The position numbers and the translations under genes are program-made. DNA of 20,000 nt from an uncultured virus (IMG/VR IMGVR_UViG_3300011434_000007) (lineage: Duplodnaviria; Heunggongvirae; Uroviricota; Caudoviricetes): the IMG/VR virus record IMGVR_UViG_3300011434_000007. The stretch is one strand, 5' to 3'. Below the pieces are notes generated by a model. It saw only the letters and a list, made by a program, of their open reading frames with translations, did no database searches and was not told the DNA's origin. The stretch's first letter is position 1, and each line of letters starts with the position of its first letter. Shown piece after piece: positions 16,876 to 20,000 of this stretch.

Positions 16876-17257
16876 TCGTAATACCTTCCCTCAGTGGATT
16901 GCTGTTGATCTAGACGGAACATTGGCATATTACGATAGCAATCGAGGCCTTAGTCTTGATTATATTGGTCCACCTATTACGTCAATGCTTGTAAGAGTTC
17001 TTGGTTGGTTAAGAGAAGGAAAAACAGTCAAGATCTTCACCGCCAGAGCTGCTATGCCAGAACAAATAGCATTAATACACTCGTGGTGTAAAATTAATCT
17101 TGGCGTCGAACTAGAAGTTACTAATGCTAAAGATCCAGGTATGATAACGATGTACGATGATCGTTGTGTACTCGTCGAACATAATACAGGTAAGATCCTG
17201 GCATTCCCCAGCATTATGCACATAGACACTGACGCTTGTAAAACTACAGGTGATTGA
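16865..17257 (+). CDS. HAD-superfamily phosphatase (polynucleotide kinase 3'-phosphatase-like)
   Basis: HAD motif I (AVDLDGTLA), motif II (IFTAR), a Lys in TNAKD, and motif IV (YDDR). Confidence 0.8.
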   Translation: MVDNRNTFPQWIAVDLDGTLAYYDSNRGLSLDYIGPPITSMLVRVLGWLREGKTVKIFTARAAMPEQIALIHSWCKINLGVELEVTNAKDPGMITMYDDRCVLVEHNTGKILAFPSIMHIDTDACKTTGD

Positions 17258-17261
17258 TAGC

Positions 17262-17290
17262 TTGCTACCTTTTAGTGTAAGTTATATAAT
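17262..17290 (+). promoter_or_regulatory. Sigma70-type promoter
   Basis: TTGCTA (17262-17267), a 17-bp spacer, then TATAAT (17285-17290). AGGAGG RBS follows at 17305-17310. Confidence 0.8.
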
Positions 17291-17319
17291 TAACCCATTA
17301 ACCTAGGAGGACTCGTTCC

Positions 17320-17787
17320 ATGAAAAAGTACTTAAGTATTGTTTTTGCTGCTCTTTTTGTTTTCGTGTTCACAGGCTGCGGTGCTGTCTCAGCTGTAAAA
17401 CAGCAAGTCGTCGACAAAGTGGTCACCCATGTCGACGAAGATCTAACTCAAGTTAGCCAAATCGCTGCTATCGCTGACAAACAGGATGTCAAGCAGTGTT
17501 CTGATTGGTTGCAAGTTACCGTTGGTAGTTTAAAATCGAATACTGAACTCGCTGATAAGCTCGACGCTATCGACACTTCCGGTAATTTGATGGCCAGCGC
17601 CTTCAAAGATTATTTGATAGCTGAAGCCAGTAGAAACGCTGGTCAGGGTCTTATGGAAGAGGTTAAGAAAAACTTTGCCTCGAAGTGTGGCCAAGTCCAA
17701 ACTCAATTGACAATAAACTTTTTACGTAAGGCTGCCAAAGTCGGTGCTGCTAGTCGTGGTAATGTCGGTGCTCTTTTGACGCCGTAG
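17320..17787 (+). CDS. Lipoprotein (signal peptidase II signal); moron, possible superinfection-exclusion factor
   Basis: MKK, a hydrophobic core and lipobox FTG-C20, followed by a helical mature part with two further Cys. Has its own promoter and terminator. Confidence 0.8.
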   Translation: MKKYLSIVFAALFVFVFTGCGAVSAVKQQVVDKVVTHVDEDLTQVSQIAAIADKQDVKQCSDWLQVTVGSLKSNTELADKLDAIDTSGNLMASAFKDYLIAEASRNAGQGLMEEVKKNFASKCGQVQTQLTINFLRKAAKVGAASRGNVGALLTP

Positions 17788-17814
17788 TCAAACACGCTTT
17801 TTACTGTTATACTT

Positions 17815-17850
17815 AAGGGACCTTGAGACATTGCCCAAGGTCCCTTTTTT
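17815..17850 (+). terminator. Rho-independent terminator
   Basis: An 11-bp perfect stem, AAGGGACCTTG (17815-17825) pairing with CAAGGTCCCTT (17836-17846), with a T run at 17845-17850. Confidence 0.88.
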
Positions 17851-17865
17851 GTTGTAAGGTAAATT

Positions 17866-18303
17866 ATGAGCGTACCCGCAGCTGGCGAATCATTACCCAT
17901 TGATGTCAACTACCGTAGTGGTGTTGGTGGTGTCGAAGCAGAAGACGGCGAACGTGTAAGAAATTTACGTATTCGCCGAAACAGTGATCGTTTGCTTGTT
18001 GAGTCTGGTCCTGCTGCAACTAGCTTATTACCTAGTGAAATTCTTATCGATGAATCGGGTACAGGTTTGACATTCGCCACTGCTTTAAAGTGGTTAGCAG
18101 TGGCGAATGATGATCTTACAGACTCAGTCTGGGTACGTTTGGATTCCTTGGTAGGTTCTACTGTATCTGCAACGTCTTTTAAAGTAGGGCCTCAAGAACT
18201 GTTTGATTTGGACGTAGATCGTATTAAAAGTGGGATAACTTCGATCTCATTGAAAACTTTAACAGGTACTGTCGCCACTTGCCGAGTTATGACAGGACTT
18301 TAG
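17866..18303 (+). CDS. Hypothetical protein, probable virion accessory beta-sandwich
   Basis: 145 aa ORF with an AAGG SD and a beta-rich C-terminal domain. Confidence 0.65.
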   Translation: MSVPAAGESLPIDVNYRSGVGGVEAEDGERVRNLRIRRNSDRLLVESGPAATSLLPSEILIDESGTGLTFATALKWLAVANDDLTDSVWVRLDSLVGSTVSATSFKVGPQELFDLDVDRIKSGITSISLKTLTGTVATCRVMTGL

Positions 18304-18311
18304 GAGACAAG

Positions 18312-18548
18312 ATGCAGCTAAGTGAATTTGTACGCACTAGGGTAGAAGATGCCTTGAATGGTGTATTGACGTCAGCTCCTCCCCAATTAAAAACAGGTTA
18401 CAAGACAACTGAGTTTGGAACATCGACAAGTCTAATTTCTTTTCTTTGTTTCCAAGCCTACAACACAGGTGATCCTCAGTGGGCTTACATGGCCACTGCT
18501 GTCACTAGCGTATATGTTTTAGCTCGAACTTTTGCAAAGCGGAGCTAA
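18312..18548 (+). CDS. Putative holin-like membrane protein (KxGYKTTEF family)
   Basis: The ATG follows AGGAG (18302-18306). Contains KTGYKTTEF, two modest hydrophobic segments and a C-terminal YVLARTFAK. Confidence 0.5.
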   Translation: MQLSEFVRTRVEDALNGVLTSAPPQLKTGYKTTEFGTSTSLISFLCFQAYNTGDPQWAYMATAVTSVYVLARTFAKRS

Positions 18549-18551
18549 TTA

Positions 18552-19181
18552 ATGGGTGCTCCTGTTTTAAGTAAGCTGGGTGGCAGTGCAGGGGGTAGCG
18601 GGACTGTAGCTGTAACTAACTTCCCTGCCGTCCAAGCTGTTAGTGCTGTTGATCTTGACATACGAAATCTTTCTCATAGCCAAGACTCCATTCGTATTGG
18701 CGATGGCACAGATCTTGTTGATGTTTTTGATCTCACTAACAGTAATCCTCTTGTTGTTGCTATTGTTGATGGTGCTGGTAATCAAATCACCAGTTTCAAT
18801 GGTAGCAGTGGCATAACGTTTCCAGCTAGGTCATCTGCAACAACTGTAGATCTTGTAGCTGGGAATAGTGCCAACCTGGATAGCAGTGTTATCCCCAACT
18901 TAAAAACAGGTAAATTGATGAAAATAACTCTTTCATCTTCAGTTGCTTGTAAGTGGCTACTTAAGACGTTTGATGGAAGTGTAGAAACTAGTTTTGACAT
19001 CATCTATACTAGTGGGCTACAGGGTAAGCCCACAGAGGCGTGGGAAACTCCTGATCCTTCCTTTATACTTCAAGTAGGTACGGGTGGTACTCAACTATTC
19101 CGCGTGGCAGTTACTAACTTGGATCGTTCCAATGCCGCGGATGCACATGCAACATTTTATTGGGATGAGGTTACTACATAA
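18552..19181 (+). CDS. Putative virion accessory/fibre protein
   Basis: 209 aa with VAVTNFPAVQAVS and DLDIRNLSHSQDSIRIGDG motifs. Its C-terminal beta domain is similar to that of the last ORF. Confidence 0.6.
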   Translation: MGAPVLSKLGGSAGGSGTVAVTNFPAVQAVSAVDLDIRNLSHSQDSIRIGDGTDLVDVFDLTNSNPLVVAIVDGAGNQITSFNGSSGITFPARSSATTVDLVAGNSANLDSSVIPNLKTGKLMKITLSSSVACKWLLKTFDGSVETSFDIIYTSGLQGKPTEAWETPDPSFILQVGTGGTQLFRVAVTNLDRSNAADAHATFYWDEVTT

Positions 19182-19402
19182 TGGCTGATTTAACGACAAG
19201 TAGGCGACCAGTGGATCCTTATCCTGGTGTGACACTGAAAGCAAGACGCATTCAGTTAAACATCGAAGCGGTTAAGTTGGACATTTCCAGAGCGGAAGTT
19301 GAAATCTTGGAACATCTCGAAGTGATACAGCAGCGAGAAGGAACAATAGTTGTTCTCCAAGGCAAAGTGGCAGAATTAGAGGCGGCTTTAAACGATTCTT
19401 AG
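19181..19402 (+). CDS. Small coiled-coil protein
   Basis: 73 aa with a heptad pattern; TAATG-coupled to the upstream gene. Confidence 0.7.
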   Translation: MADLTTSRRPVDPYPGVTLKARRIQLNIEAVKLDISRAEVEILEHLEVIQQREGTIVVLQGKVAELEAALNDS

Positions 19403-19414
19403 TGGTGGAGGGGT
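19401..19414 (+). repeat. 14-nt motif AGTGGTGGAGGGGT, copy 2 (contains the RBS of the last ORF)
   Basis: Identical to 13169-13182. Confidence 0.8.
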
Positions 19415-19420
19415 AGGACG

Positions 19421-20000
19421 ATGGCGGATCAAAGATCATATTATCAGGGTCTAGATCTTGACACCGGCGCAGGCACGGATCGAGTTCTGGGTGTTAATCT
19501 AAGACTATCAGCGGATGGAGGTGCAATTGAAGCACTCGGCCAGAAGGCGATGATTTCATCTCTTCCGGTGGTCATTGCTTCAGATCAAACAGTAATTCCT
19601 GTTAATTTAACAGGTGGCACACTTACAAGTATCATCGGCACTGTAGGTGTTAACACAGAGTTGCCAGATGCAGTTGCGCTAGGTGATGCTACGGCCAATC
19701 CAACGGTTCCGGGCGTTGGCGCCTTTGCTATGGCTTACAATGGCGCAACTTGGGATCGTGTTCGCAGTGCTAACACTGGTCGTTTGCAAGTTGACGTCAT
19801 AACTGGTGGAGGTTCAGATACACCAACCAATCCAGTTAATGCCTATGTGACTATTTCAGGTCTCACAGCAGGCAGTGCTGATCATCTTACCACACCTGAG
19901 GCTGCAGGCAAGAAATTGGCTGCTGTTGAGGTTTGGTCCTCTGTCGCATTTAAGGCTTTCTTGCACACTGTGGATAACAGCGTGGAAAGCACCAATCCTC
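19421..20000 (+). CDS. Putative virion accessory/fibre protein (3' truncated; not in the ORF track)
   Basis: Open from ATG 19421 to the window end: MADQRSYYQGLDLDTGAG...LGQKAMISSLPVVIASDQ...YNGATWDRVRS...SSVAFKAFLHTVDNSVESTNP. GGAGG SD upstream. Confidence 0.8.
   Translation, partial: MADQRSYYQGLDLDTGAGTDRVLGVNLRLSADGGAIEALGQKAMISSLPVVIASDQTVIPVNLTGGTLTSIIGTVGVNTELPDAVALGDATANPTVPGVGAFAMAYNGATWDRVRSANTGRLQVDVITGGGSDTPTNPVNAYVTISGLTAGSADHLTTPEAAGKKLAAVEVWSSVAFKAFLHTVDNSVESTNP

Noticed and set aside
1..20000. Alternative genetic code, CRISPR array, tRNA, intron or intein
   Set aside because: Genes tile completely under the standard code using TAA, TAG and TGA stops. Intergenic gaps are under 100 nt, the RNR motifs are contiguous, and I saw no spaced repeats or cloverleaf structures.

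Overview
Densely coding, entirely + strand segment of a tailed dsDNA phage genome, probably with a non-contractile tail and a Gram-negative host. Gene order: end of a probable tail assembly chaperone; tape measure protein (1351 aa); tail-tip genes (Dit-like protein, a hub apparently split into two ORFs, a Cys-rich OB-fold spike, a CxxC protein, and fibre/accessory proteins); a lysis pair (membrane protein plus GH108 endolysin); a compact nucleotide-metabolism module (HTH-metallophosphoesterase, class II-type ribonucleotide reductase, Cys/His protein, purine phosphoribosyltransferase, DUF5664/PF18909 dNTP diphosphohydrolase, MazG-like pyrophosphatase, small membrane peptide, dCMP deaminase, HAD phosphatase); a self-contained lipoprotein 'moron' with its own sigma70 promoter and terminator; and a second block of probable virion-accessory genes with a holin-like ORF. 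The most notable observations are the purine-pool remodelling cluster (possible modified-base or anti-defence pathway), the hub split at a CCCC site where a -1 shift would fuse the two halves, the 14-Cys spike with its coupled CxxC partner, the lipoprotein moron, and a repeated 14-nt intergenic motif. All family assignments come from recognising motifs by eye; no searches were run.
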